DNA from: Phoronis australis
Lineage: Eukaryota; Animalia; Phoronida
Reading direction: 5' to 3'
DNA: 64,000 bases
NCBI GenBank assembly: GCA_002633005.1
Contig: NMRA01000125.1
Span: 100,970-164,969 of the forward strand
In this document: in pieces, positions 37,881 through 53,602 of the stretch
Numbering within the stretch: position 1 is the first letter of the stretch
How the letters are laid out: the number at the start of each line of letters is the position of its first letter
Made by a program: the position numbers and the translations under genes
The notes under the pieces: generated by a model
What the model saw: the letters and a program-made list of their open reading frames with translations, nothing else
Database searches by the model: none
What the model was told of the DNA's origin: nothing

Positions 37881-40800
37881 TGATTCCTAGATCCTCAGAG
37901 ATGTCTGGTCTCCTCTGATGGGATGCTGTTAACTACAAGTAGTGGTGGGAACTCTGGTCAAGTGGGATCTCATTTGTCTGGTTACATTGTCAACACTCAC
38001 AAATAATTATAATAATTATAATAATTATAGAGTAAAAATGGACTTAACATATTAGATTGCTTGGCACTCAAATCATACCTTATTGCTTTAACTGATAAAA
38101 ATATAATGTATAGACCGTTTTTAATGTCGGCAATAAGAACCTGCCAACAGCTGAAGAGCAGCATTTTTTGAGAAGGAACAACCACCGCCTTGGCACACTG
38201 TGACCCCAATAGTACCAGAATAGAGCCGTCCAATCCTGCACGTGCCAGAGTTACGACACCGTCACTAATAAACACTCCAGAAAGGTACAAAAATATTTAA
38301 TCAGCCATCCAAACCTGAAGTCCCCACTCACAGCCGTCAGTGCAAATAGCTGGCCGGTTAACAACAAAAGCTCTTCAAGAAATCACTACTGGCCAAAGGT
38401 CTCCCACCCACTCTGCACATGTGTCAAATGTCAACAAACTTCATAGTTTTCATCCCTAAAAGAAACTTGTTATCCTAAAAGAGGCTAGCATCTAAACAAG
38501 GCCTTTAAGTTTCAAAACTTCTGCATTGTACTTTGAAACAGTGGCAGTTGCTTCTGATCATGTTCTAATCAGGTCCATTCAAGCTAATGAGAGTTCTACC
38601 AAATTAATAATGTTACTAAAAGCTGATGCATAATCACGACTTTCAAAAGCGTCAAATTTGACGAATGCTCAGTTACTAGGAGTTTGAGACTTAATTCGAT
38701 GCAGTTTTGACAATTTCCTTTCTTTCCATCAACGTACAACAAACTACGTTTCACTATTCAAAAGATCTGCAAAATAGGACCACATTATAAATAAATAGGA
38801 CCATATTATAAATAAATAGGACCATATTATAAATAAATCTAGTCATGCACACCAGTGCTTCCAAATTTTTAACAATATTGAATAAACTTTTCTTTGTTGA
38901 TAAAAAGTAAAATTCATGATCACTCAAATTTACCAACTAATTTATAGTGCACTAAAAGAAAATAAAGGTAAAAATTTTAGATTAAGAAAAATCACATCAC
39001 GCTGAAAAATATCATATAGGACTGAGAGTAAAGCCATGTTCAGACCAACTAAACTCCAACATAACTCTTCAATCTATTGTTGTAAGTGTTATGTAATCCT
39101 TACCCTTCATACCTGCAGTTAAAACTATTGTAATCCTACTATGCTGGTAATCACCAGCTGTTAGTATTATCACTTTCCAATTTCCCCCAGTTAGGACCTG
39201 GTAGTCATGGTTTCCAACAAGACTTGACAGCACAAGCACCTCATTTTTAAACTGCCCTGGTTTTGCACGAGAGGCTATCAAAAATAGGACTTTTATACTT
39301 TTCATGCAAAAAATTTTTATAAAACAAAAATGAAACAATTTAGAAAATTGTAACAGCATTTTCGAGATTTCATCTTCAAAATTTACATCAAAGGAAATTT
39401 GGTCATGTTATTGCTATGGATAAATGTACTTTTCCTTTTTGCTCATTTTTACTAAGAAGACCCAATCAATGGCAGATTAGTAAAGAGTCAAAAACTAAAT
39501 TCTACAGGCTTTCTTCTTTCAGAAAATATATACTTTTACTGAGTCAAATTTTATAGTTTTGTAGCAAAATAAACAGACTTGCCAATAATGTTCTACATAA
39601 TCTTAACCTAGAAAATGTCCACCCAAGATAGCCAAGGGCTTGTAATTTCAGCAAACGGAACATATAAAAATGAATATAAATTATGACTTCTTTGCCCTTA
39701 AAAAAACAGCGTGTTGGTAACTTAGAGGCGGACTGTCACTACTGCTTTTAATAAAAGCAATTTGAATAATAAAGTCAAAATTCTGAGGTCTATTCAAGAC
39801 CATTAATCCAATAAAAATGCAGGAACAGTTACAGTTACAGTTACAAACGTTCACAAGGCATATCTAACATCAGTACACACCGCTAGATTATCTCCTTTAA
39901 AAAGGGAATTGCTTTCATTGACAAGTGAATACCTTGCCCTCTGAACTGGCACACATGGTAACACTACACCTGCAATCTCCGCTACAAATGAGTAACAAAT
40001 AAGTGTTTACTGTTCCCAAACAAAGGTGATAAAAAGAGCACCATCCTAACAAGAGGAATTCTTGTGAATAGGTCTACATGAACAGTGCTACACTAGTGAC
40101 ACAGTGCAGCAGTCACTGAATAAGAATGGAAAATACCCTTGCAGAAAAAAAACACCCTGATTTTGCTAAATGCCAACAAATTTGTTCTTGCTTGCAGACT
40201 GAAGTGGGTTGACTAAATAACATACAGAATTACAAATCTTTTACTGACACACAGTACCTCATGTAGTTATTTAATCAATTACTATTAGTTTCAATTCAGA
40301 TTTGATGTCTAATTATTTCCAAAGGTTTTCGCTCAGTGACACACATGAGAATAACCTAGTACGCCAAAATACATAATTGAAAGTTTTAAAAAAGATTCAA
40401 GTTGATAAACTTTCCTGCTCGCCCCACTGTGCAGAAATGGACCAGTCTGAATGATCATTTCAGCCAATGACAGTTAATGAGGCTTTCATGAAAAAGTAAC
40501 AGGGTGTATGCATATAAGTAGCACCAACTAGGAACAATTCCCCAATATTTTCCAAACACCTTAACTAGGGGAGAGTCCATGCTTAGCAGAAACACAACTT
40601 TCACTTGTTGATGGATAGTTGGCAGATTGCTCAAATGTCAAGGAAACTTTAACATAAGAGGTTGCTTGGCATCAAACTTGGAAATACAGGAAAATATCAC
40701 CACATCAACCAGCAACCGAAGGTTTGAGGTAAGCCTGCTGTCAAGTTTATCTTCAAAAATTTCAAAAGCAAGAATTACTCCCCAAACACTCTAAGACTTA

Positions 40801-43800
40801 AATATGAAAATCCGTGTAGTGGTCATATACTTTGTAGAAGTCATGCTGATAAGTTGCTAGGTTTTCACATATCATAACGGATGCATACAAAAGGCCGGGT
40901 GTTGTATCTTAAAAAGTCTTAACAAACGTTTCCGAGGCTGTTCTAACTCAAAAAGTCTGGTTTAAAATAATCCTCTGCCTGACAGGTGCATATCGCCCAG
41001 ATTTAAATTTCAACAAAGGTCTTTCTGAATGCTTAATTCTTTAAAGGATTAAGAACTATAAATGCTTGAAATTCAAAATGTAAAATTTCAATCAGAGCAG
41101 ACAAAGGCGTAAAGTGCGCTCTCTGGTTGAATGGTTGAATGCCCAATGGCCAACAAACTATCAAAACATTTTGAAATAAATCTCTTCAAATACAGCTCCA
41201 CTTTAAACCTTCAACTAAAATCAACATGTTTAAATTGTAAACTGAGACAAAAATGAATGGAAGCAGAATGCAACATGTTTGACCAGAGGCGGATGGGGGG
41301 CAAGATGGACTGCAGATGAATTAAATAAAACAGACCTGGACAGAGTAGTTGAAGAGCAGTAAGAGGTTTATTTCATGTTATTGTGTATCTCCACTCAACT
41401 AACTTGGTATTGAGTTCTGTGGCTGGAATGGACAGAGTGTGAGGATTACGGTAGAGCAGTGAGATATGAAGTTGAAAGTTAAGCCTCGCCTTAATTTCAT
41501 TAGGAAAAGCCAGTGCTTCCGAATGTTAGATGTCGTTATTGAACGACATGCTTACTGCGAGCTCTTTTCAAAGTTGGCAAATGCCAAGACAATTTTTGCC
41601 TTACTACAAGAAGATTTTGGTAACCATACACAACAAGCTTAAGAATGATTCATCTTCATTTCTAACTCATCCACAGGCATTTGCACAGAAAGAATGCCAT
41701 GCCGTATTTTATTTTAAAGCACCGACACACGATTCATACTACAATGACATGGAGACTATTTTACTGACTCCAGCCGACTGTTTAGAAAATGAAGTTTCTA
41801 AAATCTGAATAAAAGTATACAGACTGAAACAATGACTTTCTCGTCTGCCGTCTTGGTTTGTTGGCGATTCACCTTGAAAGCAAATCAAAGCACTTTCAGA
41901 AAGCGAGTTGTCCAACAATGACATTTAACCAAAGTCTGTACTCAGTCCAGTTTCAGCCAAAATTACTTCAGTCACAAAGGATGCATTAATAAGATGCTGG
42001 TGTTGTAAAGAACCCACTTCTATATTTGTTAGACCTTAAGTAAGGAAAATGTTCTTTTTTAACTATTTTAATAAGTTGATTAGCCTTGCACTAAGATATT
42101 TCTTGAAGGAATGACATGGTGGTGGAGGCAATGTGATGATATTGACGATGACGAGGATCAGGTGACCAGAAGAAGTGTAAGCTCCCATCCCCTAAACCAT
42201 ATACACTAAAAATTCTCCAAACTCATTGACCAAAACTCCTAACCTGAGAACCAAATTCCAGTCCTGAACCATGGGTACATGACTGGCTTGGGACCAAACA
42301 CCACTCGCAAACTGTGACCAAAAATATGGAGTTTGATTAAGAAGTATAAAGTATTTTTGGTGTGTGTGTGAGTGTGTGGTGTTTAGTGGAGCATGTATGG
42401 AATTTGAGCGGTATGTTTGGTGTTAGCTTTTCCAGGACAGGGGTTTAGATCGCAGCTGGAATTTCCACCCCCTCTCCGAAACATTTCTGTTAGCAACCTC
42501 TTCAATACAAGAAAAAACAGATATAGGCAAAATACAATGGCAAATTACTAAGTATCTGCGATGAAATTCTCGGTACTATCATCTCAGACTCAATGCCAGC
42601 CCAGTCATACAGAATTAGCTACTGTAAATACACATGGGAGAAGGTGCAGTACCAATCAACATTCCAATAGAAAACACCTTTAGCATATCTTGGAAGGCCA
42701 GGAAATGAGAATTCTAGGAGTGCAGCTGATTAACTTACAAATTACATGGCTTGTGAGGGTTGAAAGAGCAGGTTTGTCCATACAGACATCTCACAATTGG
42801 AACAGGTACAGGTGATTTTAACATGGGGGTATAGTCTGCTCTTTTAGTCAACAAGGGAGCACCCAATCCGTCAGTACCAATATCTTTTCATTGGAGTCCC
42901 ATGTAGTGCCACTTTTGCACACCATTGTTTTGGTTCATGTTCAGGACTGGAACCATTCGTTTTGATTTTTACCTTTGCGTGACTAGCTTTAATGTATTTG
43001 TCAAATGGCAATTTGGGTGCTAGTAGTCAAGATGCTGGAAATCGAAATTGTAAACAATCATAACCATACTGTCTCATAAGGTCATAACTGGCATAAATCG
43101 TGAAATCAAATAGATGCTGGAATGCTCGTCGTCGTTTTAGTTTTACTATGGCGTAAATCTTATTGAACATATTTGCATATTTATTGACTACATTTGGCTC
43201 TGATACGGAATGTTTTCCTACAGATTAAACAGTGACAACGATGTAAATTTATAATCATACCTATACGGCAATAGGAAACTGTCAGACAAGGTGGGAGAAC
43301 AGTGGATTTAACAGGTAGGTTTATGAGGAAAGATTCAACATTATAATGACTGGCGGGTGACCTGAGCATTGCAAAGTTACACGTATTGGATAGTTACAGA
43401 GTTAGTCTGTAAACAAGGCAGTGTTAACAATTAATGCCAATTCTTCGATAAGGGCCACTTTTTTCAAAACCAACCCATGCCAAATGACGTCGTATGGATT
43501 TCGCAACCTATTGTTTAGCTTTCAAGATGCATGCGACGGGCATAAGCGTGTCGCATGGTTATCGCCTGTGGGACACTTCCACTGTTTTCCTTTGTTGTAT
43601 CTTTGTTGGATATGACAATACCGGTCGTGCGGATATCATACCTTGGGCGCACATCAGCCGGTTACAGATAAATGTTTACCATTACCTTTATTATGAGGAA
43701 GAAAAACAAAGTAAAGAATAGATACGCCTATGTATCGAAGTCAGGTGCCACTGATCCCTCCTTAACTCTGTGCTGGAACAAGAAATTCAGGTTGGAAATC

Positions 43801-46800
43801 AAACTCAAATGGGATAGGATCCTAAAAATGCAAACAATTCCTAATATCATGCGACTAATAGCTTGTTTTAAGCAAACTTTAGACACAGAATTTGACAGAA
43901 TTTTGTATCTGTGCACCTAACAGCAAATCTCCAAACTTAGCTTTTTCAAGCTGGTATCCTAGGTTTTGAATTGATTTCAAAACCTCAAAATTTTTGGCGG
44001 TCGAAATTGCTGACCTGAAATTTTTTCAGTGTCAAAGGTTGAAAATTAAAAAAAATGTTCTGCATAGATAACAGAATGTTATTACATGTAAAAGAAATAG
44101 GTACATGGCTCGTACGTGATGAAGTAAAAGGTCCTGTTTACAATACAAGTGATTTTCTGCCTAAGTTCCCAGTTACCTAAACTCACAGTTGCTTACAAAC
44201 CTCCTCATAAGGTAGTAAATTCTCTTCCAGGCCAGTGTTGGCATGTTTGTTTAGATACCAACCTCTTCTAAAGGTGAGTGCAGGTAAGTTTGTTTTGTAT
44301 ACCAACTTCTTTACAACTTTCTTATTTCACCAGTCCTAATGCGTGCGAGTAGAGATCATAGGAATTCTGATTCTTTGCTTTTCGCCGTCAAATACAGCAT
44401 TATTGTCCTCAGCCAGTGGGCCAAAGAATTTGTCAATGCCGAGGGCAATGGACAGGTAAAAAACTTGAGCAGCGCCAGTCTTTGATCACAAGACTTTGTT
44501 TACATCAAACGACCAGTGAATGTGCCGAGTGTTCAAATGTACCTCCCAGTTGACAAGCGGGGCACAAGGTAATCACCAATGGGAAACTTTGACAGAGGTA
44601 ACAAGCAGGCCCTGCCACTCAACTGTAAACAAAACTCAAACAGCCTTTTGTCTGGGATGCACTCAAGGTTTTTAAAATTTCAAACACATTAACTTGTCAT
44701 ATCAAATTCCTGAATAACAGTTATATGATGCAAACCTACTAATTTACAACCTAGGTTGTAAATGAAAAAAAACATGCGTCAACAACTCAAAAACTGTGAC
44801 TAAGCATGGCGGTTGTTGAATGTTTTCGGACAAGTGAGTGATACAACAATGATCAAAATTATAGAGTAGATACAAAAGATCTTTCAAGATAAATCTCAGC
44901 CAGTAAGTCATGACATGCTGTTGAAAGTGTCAGAAGGCAGTCTGTTCTACGGCCAATGAAATGGGTCTGACAGGGAAATGTGGCTATACAGAGAACATCT
45001 GATCTACCTTTAAAATGTGAGTACTGGACCATCGAACATTTACCAATACTTGTTGAGTTGGGTGAGAGTCTATTTGCCTAATGGTTGTGTTCAGAGAGCC
45101 TGTTGATAAACTAGGTCAGACATACCATGTGGTCAGATGAGGAAGTGACACTGATGTACATTTTAAAATTTTGCTGCTCAACTAAAACGCCTAGACAAAC
45201 TACACCATGCAGATTCGAAAATTGACATCATTGAAGAATGAGTGTTAATGTAGGCACGATAGACCCCTGTTCGCTAATCTGTATTCAGTATTGTGAGTGA
45301 AGTTTTACTTGTCTATGCCCTGCCTGTCCAAAAAGCTATAGGATAATATCAAGCCATAGAAAGATAAGTAGTTATGAATGAATGAGTCTGACAGGAATCT
45401 AGAGCTAATAACAAGCTCCATCATGTCGATACCAAGCCTGGTGGACAAAAACTCAAAAGCATCACACTTTACAAGGAGAAGGGTCAAGATTCTCGTACAA
45501 AGGCAATATGCCATACTTTAATTGGGTCGGTGTACCCTGCTTACTGGCCTGTCATTCAACTAATTACAAAACCTCGCTGTTTTAATTGAACGGCAAAATT
45601 CGTGCCAAAAAATAATGCAAACGTGTACTTCACACTTGTGTCTTTTTCATTCTTTATATTATTGAGTGTTATAAAACATAAAATAGATAGTTGTTGTGAA
45701 CAGAAACCAATTACCCTGTCCAGGTAAAGCGTAGCCAAGCTTAACAATTGTCGGTCTCTGATGACGACACTCTGATGCTACATGGATGGTGGTGCACAGC
45801 TAATCTTGCGCTGAAATTTACCAGCAATGCATGCCACGTCAAATGTTAATGCAGTTTTGCTATCTAAGACCATCATGTTTTTTCAATTGCATTTTATGAG
45901 CTTAATTCGTATGGAAAACACATTGTGGATTTGATAACTGTCATAGGGGTTGCTATAACAATCAGTGAAAATCACTTAATGCACTACAGCTTCGTTCTGG
46001 TTGTGTCCTTATGACTTTAAAAAGCAAGGGTTTTTGTAACATTATTAAGTACGTAACTTGTTGGCTTAACAAGTGCTGCAGTTCAACATTTAATTTATTT
46101 GACTGTAAAAAATACCATACAGCAACATAAAATACCATGACAGGATACCTGCTGTGTAGGTTCCTAACAAGTACTAGAACAATCAGTAGTTAGTACGCTC
46201 ATCACCAACCTTTACACTAGTTACGGTTAACATTTCCATCTCATTCATTACAAACTGTTGGCCATTCCAAATAAAATTTTATTTCTCAAGGGTCTGAAAC
46301 TGGCTCACCTGGGGTCTGCTTCACGTAAAATGACTGAAAACTGAGCATTCAATTCATAAATTTGGTCTTCTACTTCCAATTCATAATTTATGAATAAAGG
46401 TTTAGTCAAGTGATTATGTGCGCATCACAGTCCGAAATAATTCACACAAGTTATCTCTGCAACTTGCTCTTACATAAATATTCTCAGAGACTTTGTACTT
46501 TTGCTCAAGTGAGATTTAATTATTTTTCTGAAATAGTTGTGTGGAGCACAAATCCAAATTTCTGACCAAGGTCTGTAGTCCCTTTTCGTGAAATAGACCC
46601 AGTGCCAGAAACGCTGCAACCTATGTCTAGTATTCAAGCAAATGTCAAGCAGGAGACAGTACTTTTTGATTGATTCACATGACCGAGCACTGATGAACGG
46701 AGCTTTGTTCAGTGGACCTCATTGAAAAGAAAACTGTACAAGAAGGATTTGACCACCCAGTAGGTATATGTGTATTGCCTATCAAATCTTTTAGTCCTTT

Positions 46801-49800
46801 ATCAAAGTTTTCTTAAATAAGGGCAATTCAAAATCTTGTAGGGCTGAAAACGAGTACTTGGTTCTGGTCTCTATTCCAACTCATTTTGAAATCTGCGCTC
46901 ACAGACTAAAGAACTTCAGACAAGGTTTCGTGTAAGCAAGGTCTGAAATGCACAGACTCGTTGAGCGATCAACAAATCATGCATCACTATTGCTCATCCC
47001 AGGTAGACTTTCTTTTTTGAAAGTGAGCCACTAAAAACACTGCATCACCACCTCGATTTTCAAAAAAAAACAGAACTGGAACCAACAATGCTTTTTTTGC
47101 CTAATTGTTAGTTTACCTTGATTTACTTTTTATGAGAATGTTGATGGATTATCCCCACTTCAGGAGCCTTTAATAAAACATAAGTTACACTACGAAATTC
47201 AGACATAAAAAGGTGTCCAAATCCAGACCTTCTACTACAAATTCCACTACTAAAATATAAGGGACTGCATACTTGGAACTGTCCAAATCAATGCTTCAAA
47301 ATGCACAGTGCCACTTCTATGCCCTCATTAGCCAATGAAAAAAAAGAGTGAAAACAAGCTTCACATGGTTACTGTCCAGGTGATTTAGTTGGAAACCATC
47401 TATTCTTTTCCTGGTTGACATTTTTAAACGAGACGAGACGAGAGACAAAACACAACATTAGCCCTCCCTAGGGAATCATTAGTTACGCTCATGATTTATG
47501 GATAAGAATTTAAAAAACTAATAAACTGAGAACTAACCTTGCAGCCTAGAAACAAATGTCAACAATGCGTATCTTCCACCAGAAACAACCAAAAATGCTT
47601 GGATCATTTTCCGTAAAACAAGAGAACATACCGTATTTGTGTATCGACAAAAAAGAAGTTGCCACAATTTAGACTGCTTCATTTTATGACACAACTGAGC
47701 CAATATTCAGTCTTAATCAATGTCTAAATTTACTAAATTTTTATTGCAGTTTGGTTAAGACGCCATCGACACAATATCCATCAATTTCAAATGCGTGTTA
47801 GGAGCAAAGTCAAACAAAATTTGCTGTTTCCATATTGGTTCTGTAGCTGTTAACAAGCAGTTAACCTTCACTAACAATACTAACTCTTTTGTAATGTACA
47901 CGGGCACAGAACATTCTATCCATTGTCAACAGTCGGCTTCCCAAAGGTGAAAAGAAAAACGCAGACGGCTTCTTATTTGCGCAGATGTGTGAAAAATACT
48001 TTTAAAATGTAATTTCAAAGTCATGTGTGAACACGATTATTTACCACTTTGTGTATTGATATGGAATTAAACTTCACAAATACTGCCAATCCCAAGAGTT
48101 AAAGTGTCAAATTTCTTGAAAACAAACCAAATTCCGTTATTTACTTTTAATTAAGGAAACCTTAAACCGTCTACAGAAAGCACACCTAAAGCGTGGCGAA
48201 TCCTTCATGAGCTGCTATTAAAACTTACAAACCTAGTATTCTCAATAACTTTTTGACTAGAGTCTATTTGGACTACCAAGGCCTGTCCTTTTATTCCTGC
48301 ATTAAAAGATCATTACATAAATTAGATGTTTACTTAAAAGCAACTCTTTATAGACACTTACCTTTTAAAGATCATTTAATGGAACAATTGTATTTAAACG
48401 GGAACACAGCAACTGTGAACTGTAGAGTTTCTATTTACTGAAAGCACATATTTACTAATCAGCGATCTGCAATTTTTAAGCCTGATAAAAGAACAATAAA
48501 AGAACACCATAAAGGAAAACGGTAAGGTGCAGATGTGTCGGAAATGACTTATTTACCTAGAAGTATCTTGTTGGAATAACATTTGAAATAAATATGTCGA
48601 CAACATTGTAAACAAAGTCACTTTGTCGATCTTTCGTGCAAGTAACCAATCTTGTTCCATTCAAAGTTCTCATCTCCAAAGAAAACGCCATAGGATAAAT
48701 GATATGAACTTTAGTGACTTGTTTTTGTTGTTACAAGCACGTGCAAGATCAAGTGATGCATTTTTTTATACATACTTTAGTGTTTGGGATTTTAGCGACC
48801 GCCAGGTGAATCATCTGGCATCATGCCAAATGGGAAGTAACATAGGCACACAGCTGAACTGTTGAGACTTTACTAAGGAGCAGGTGGTTTCTGAAATTTA
48901 AATTCGCTTTACGGCTATATTTTATTCTTACAACAGTTGTGACATCACAATGTTGGCTCTCATCCAACACGGCAGATTGTTCTGGTCTGATTCTTGAACA
49001 AAGAAATCCCAAATGAATGAGACATTTTCATTTTGTCTGAATTTTTTCTTAACCCAACAAAATTTAAAGCCACCAGACACAAAGAGATGTCTTCTTGTGT
49101 CATTAAAGTCTAAGGGTAAATAGTTTTGTCAATGACCCATGACTACAAACCAGGTTGGCATTTGGGTTCACATTCTAACAGCTAGCCACAAAAGGGTGAA
49201 CTGGGCCACCCGTGCAACCGAATCAAACTTGTTGGCCAAAGCCTTATATCTGAAATACATGCATGCTGAATGCGGTCATACTCCCAGTTCTGTTTGTATT
49301 CTGATAAGAAAGAGCGATAGGCTCAAGTGGGCTTTAATCTTCATATCGGCAGAGAAGAACACTAGGACTGCGGATATGTGTTGATGCTGCGTAAACCAAC
49401 ATGTGTTATAGATAGAGGAGACCCCTTCCATTGGCTTGATATCATCAGCCTGCCGCCAGACAAACAAGGGCATTTATTACTCACCTCAACACTATTTCCT
49501 ATTTGCCATCTTCAAAACTGTGTATTGCCAGTTTTATCACTACTGACTAAAGCCAACAAAATTATTTGAGTCAGTGAAAGATGATCTTAAGCCACAAAGC
49601 ATAGTTGGGTCTGGTCTGTGTGTGTTTTGGAGAACTGATGTGATAATTCGTTATTGCTTTAACTGTCCATTTAAAAAAGTGAAAAGACATCTAATACCAG
49701 CAAAAAAGGAATGTGCTTTTCATCTCATCTCAAACCTGTTTCACTGGTGTAGTCACGCAGCTGGGGGAGGGGGGGAATGGCAGCGCTGGTGCGTGTGAGG

Positions 49801-52800
49801 CAGTGATTGTAACATTTTTCAGTCATCGACGGTTGTAGCTGACTTGACACCTATGATGGCCAAATCCTTATTTGCATGTGATTTGTGGCTTTTGAAAAAG
49901 GTCGCCATCGGCTAAAATTGATGCGGTGGCCATTTTTTCTTTAAGTAGTGAGGCGTAGACCAATACCAATTATGTTTTTGTTGGCCTTATGTAACATTTC
50001 CAAATCATGTTTTGCCTTTGGTCAAATGCAAGCACACACTTCTCCTTTATATTCGACAAATGTCCAGAGGAGGAAAGGCGACAAATGTCCAGAGGAGGAA
50101 AGGCGTGTGAAAACCACCACAACTTACATAAGACACAATATATCCCTTATATATACCTTTTAGCCTACTTGCTGACAAGAGTGATTATTATGTTTGGTGG
50201 TAGTGTTTTCCACTGTTCAACTCCTCTTAAGGAAAATCTGTTGTTTGTGGTAAGAGGAAACAATAAAATGCACCTTGAAAGAAACTTTCATGGCAAGTAT
50301 CTTTGACTACAAAAGTTCAGATATGCTGAACTGCACCATAAACAAGCGAGAGTCCACCCTGAAAATTAATGGTCATAAAATATTCTATGCACAGCAGATG
50401 CAGAGAGTTCATAGTGAAGAATTATTACAATGAGTCCGCTTCTAAACAACAGTTAATAGCAGCCAAGCACAGATCAATCATTATTTTACGACTTAGGATT
50501 AAAAATGATGGTGGTATCGCACGCCTTGTGTCGGCTGTGGTTCAGATGAGCCATAATGCTGTGAGTGACAGTTATAGTAAGAGGATTAATATTGTACTTT
50601 GATACCTTAAACAGAAACGCAACAACAGATTAATAAAAAATTTAGCACTCATTAATTAAACCGCGTTTCGCGCCTATGGGTTTTCAACAGGGACGGAGGG
50701 CAAAAATGGGAACCTTAAAAAAGTACCCGTGTCGATGCAAGCAAAAGTCGAACACAAGATTGTGATCTTTGCAGTTGCAACACCCTCCCTGGTTTTTCTT
50801 ACATCGGCAGGGCATTTGAATGCTGTCTGATAATGCAAACTACAGCAGTTATCAATATCTAAACTGCGATAAACTCAGCCCTGCTTATCATTTGGTTACT
50901 GATTATCACTTGGCTAGCACACGCATGCTGCCGCTGATGATAAGTACAGCAATATATCAAGAGACATCTGCAAAATAAACCAGTAGGGACAGGCTGTCTT
51001 ATCACTAGCAATGGTACGATACTCGTAGAGGGAGTACCCGTCAGTGGTAAGCAACGCATAATTAAAGGCCGTTAATAATCGTCCGGCAGGTGTTTCTTTT
51101 GTCTTAAGGCAGTGAGCGTAACTCTGGCTACCATGTCATAAGAAAGTGTGGCTGCGGTAGTTTTATTATATTAATGGTGTGACTGTTCTCAGTGACAGAG
51201 CTTCAAGTCAACCAACAGGTTTGTAACCTATGGCTTTAAGGTTATATGGAACCCTTGAAAAATGTAAAAATTTGGTTAACTTTGGAACATCATATCTCCA
51301 AACTGGCTGACTGGACTCAAATGAAACTTTCAGATATTATATGCCTTATGCACTAGCTAATGTTGTCGTGAGTTGTTGCTTAAATGTTCCACCTTTACGT
51401 GAGGGACATAAAATTATCACAAATTTTTCACAGCTGCAAGTGACTATTGCCAGTTAAACCTTGCCAGGAAAGGTAAATTGCTCATTCAAGAGATTTCTAT
51501 AATTTTAAACACCAAAAAAATCACTTTTCCAAATAATGTAAACTGTGCTGTCATTTGCTTCAATACCAACATCAGATGCCAGTTTCACAGAAAATGTTTC
51601 ACACCATTAAAAATCAAAGAATGATAAGTTGAAATATACAAATGGAATTTTATTTCAAAAACCCCAGTGCCAGGTACAAATGCAAGGCATGGCAAGTTTT
51701 GAAAGTACAGCAAGTGTAAGATGGATGAGGTGCTTACGACACAAATAAAACTGAACATGCAAGGTGTCTTCTAAATTACGCTACTTAAGACCTCCAAAGT
51801 TCCCCATTTTTGTGACCTAACTTTTCACAAACTCGGGCAACTTGACCTGTGAACATCCCGCACACTCTCACACGTACAAAAGCTTTTCTTTACGGCCCAG
51901 AATAGGCTTAATAATGCGCCTAATGGATTTCAAAAGCATGATTTTAAAGTCATTCTTTTTGGCAAAGTTTTGTCGGCTGACAGTGCCATTGTTGGGTCTA
52001 GCGTTAATGTTTTTCTTGTTTGAAAGCAAGTACGACTGGAGCGTGCATGTAGTCAACATAGTGTCTCGTCATTGGTCACTAAGAGCCAATAGGCAACATC
52101 TCTCACCTTGTGGTGATCGTGGTAGCTTGCTAGACGGGTGCACAAGCAGTCTGTTCAATAGTTAGACATTGGTGATTAGGATATAATAAGCAATAACTTC
52201 TGCAAGGCTCAAGTGTAGTGTATAAGACACCAGTGTATGGACTGTCTATTTATTGTGGTTATTAGTTGGTCATAGTCAACAGGCAACAGACTCTTACCTA
52301 GTGTTGAAAGCGTGCAGGGCACAATAGTAGACACAAGGAGCGTTTTGCGCATCTATTTACACATTGGTCATAGGTCACTTGGACGCAATAAGCAATGTCC
52401 ATCAGTGTGCGTTACACAGTCTTCATGGTCACCAGTGACCAGTGACCAATAAGGGACAGTTCCTATCAGGCAGTGACTACATGCAGTGTACAGGACAGTA
52501 GAGTGGACAGGACTAGTGTTTGTGTGGTGAATTACCTGGCTTGTCACAGATGACTAGCAAGTAGTAGATAGTATCCCCTAACTAACCATGTGTGCAAGAG
52601 AGCCAGCCATACGGCACATTCTTCACAGTACTTAAGCAAAATAGGAGAGACAAGTTGGTAAGTTGTAGGAACTGTGCTTAAAATTATTAATGATTATGGA
52701 ATTTTGTTGTTGCTCTACGACAAAATTTTGACTTCAGTAACTGTCACTTTCAAGTTTTTGTTCAGAAGCTCCATACAATTTTCTGTCCAACAAATACTCA

Positions 52801-53441
52801 ACTTATATCTAGCTCCTGAAACTTATACAGTGTCATGAGCATGACCACACTCTATTTTACTTATTATATTTCAGTGTGTGACAACTTAAAATAACTTTAG
52901 ATTAGCAAGACTCAGAAAACATAATAGACAATATACACAACTGGTGTTTCGTAATAGTGGCTGGCTGGCGTGGCTGGCGGGAAGGCAACCTGTGCAAGAT
53001 GGTCCCACTTAAAAGGATCTTGTGTATTAGGCCAGATTTATCAGTCATGTTTCAGTGCCCAAGGGCAGAGTTGGTAGAGTTTATTACTTACCATTCATCA
53101 TATCTGATCAGTGAAGCATGATGCCAATGGATGATCCATCACTGTGACAATTATCTGTTATGCAATCAAGGCAAACATGACTGTGAGCCAACAGTTTTTG
53201 AATGAACAGGCATCATTGAGACCCATGGAGATGAGATCTATAGTAAATCTTCAATTTCATGACAGGCTGGAGAGCACACCATTGGCTTTCAAAAGGAAAC
53301 AAATGTCCTACAGATCACCCTGTGACAGGTTAAAGCAAAGGGTGGACTCAATGATTGACAGGGGTGGGAGGGAGAAAGCCTTGGATTGATAGGGTGGCAA
53401 ACATTAGTGCATTTACTGTAGAATTACGTAATGTTATGACT

Positions 53442-53602
53442 TCCAATTGGCTATAAAAGCCTCTCCCTTCAGAGCAGAGTGTACAGATTGGCTGTAAGTT
53501 TCACTCAGTTAAGACTGTCTTGAATATATTCTAACGGATTACTGCAAATTTTGACTGTCACCGGCAAGATTTTTTCTGTGAAATTATCGTCTGGCTTAAA
53601 AG
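53442..53602 (+). promoter_or_regulatory. Putative promoter (CCAAT plus TATA) and 5'-UTR exon of the dae4-like gene
   Basis: CCAATTGG CTATAAAAG at 53443-53459 and a donor AAG|GTAAAG at 53602, upstream of the acceptor ctatttcag|54455. Confidence 0.45.

Noticed and set aside
41739-41924. Possible ANAPC4 exon (ILETSFSKQSAGV...)
   Set aside because: Only vague similarity, with an in-frame stop soon after and no strong donor. Other short candidates (~46310, ~52540, ~54260, ~59930) also could not be validated by eye.
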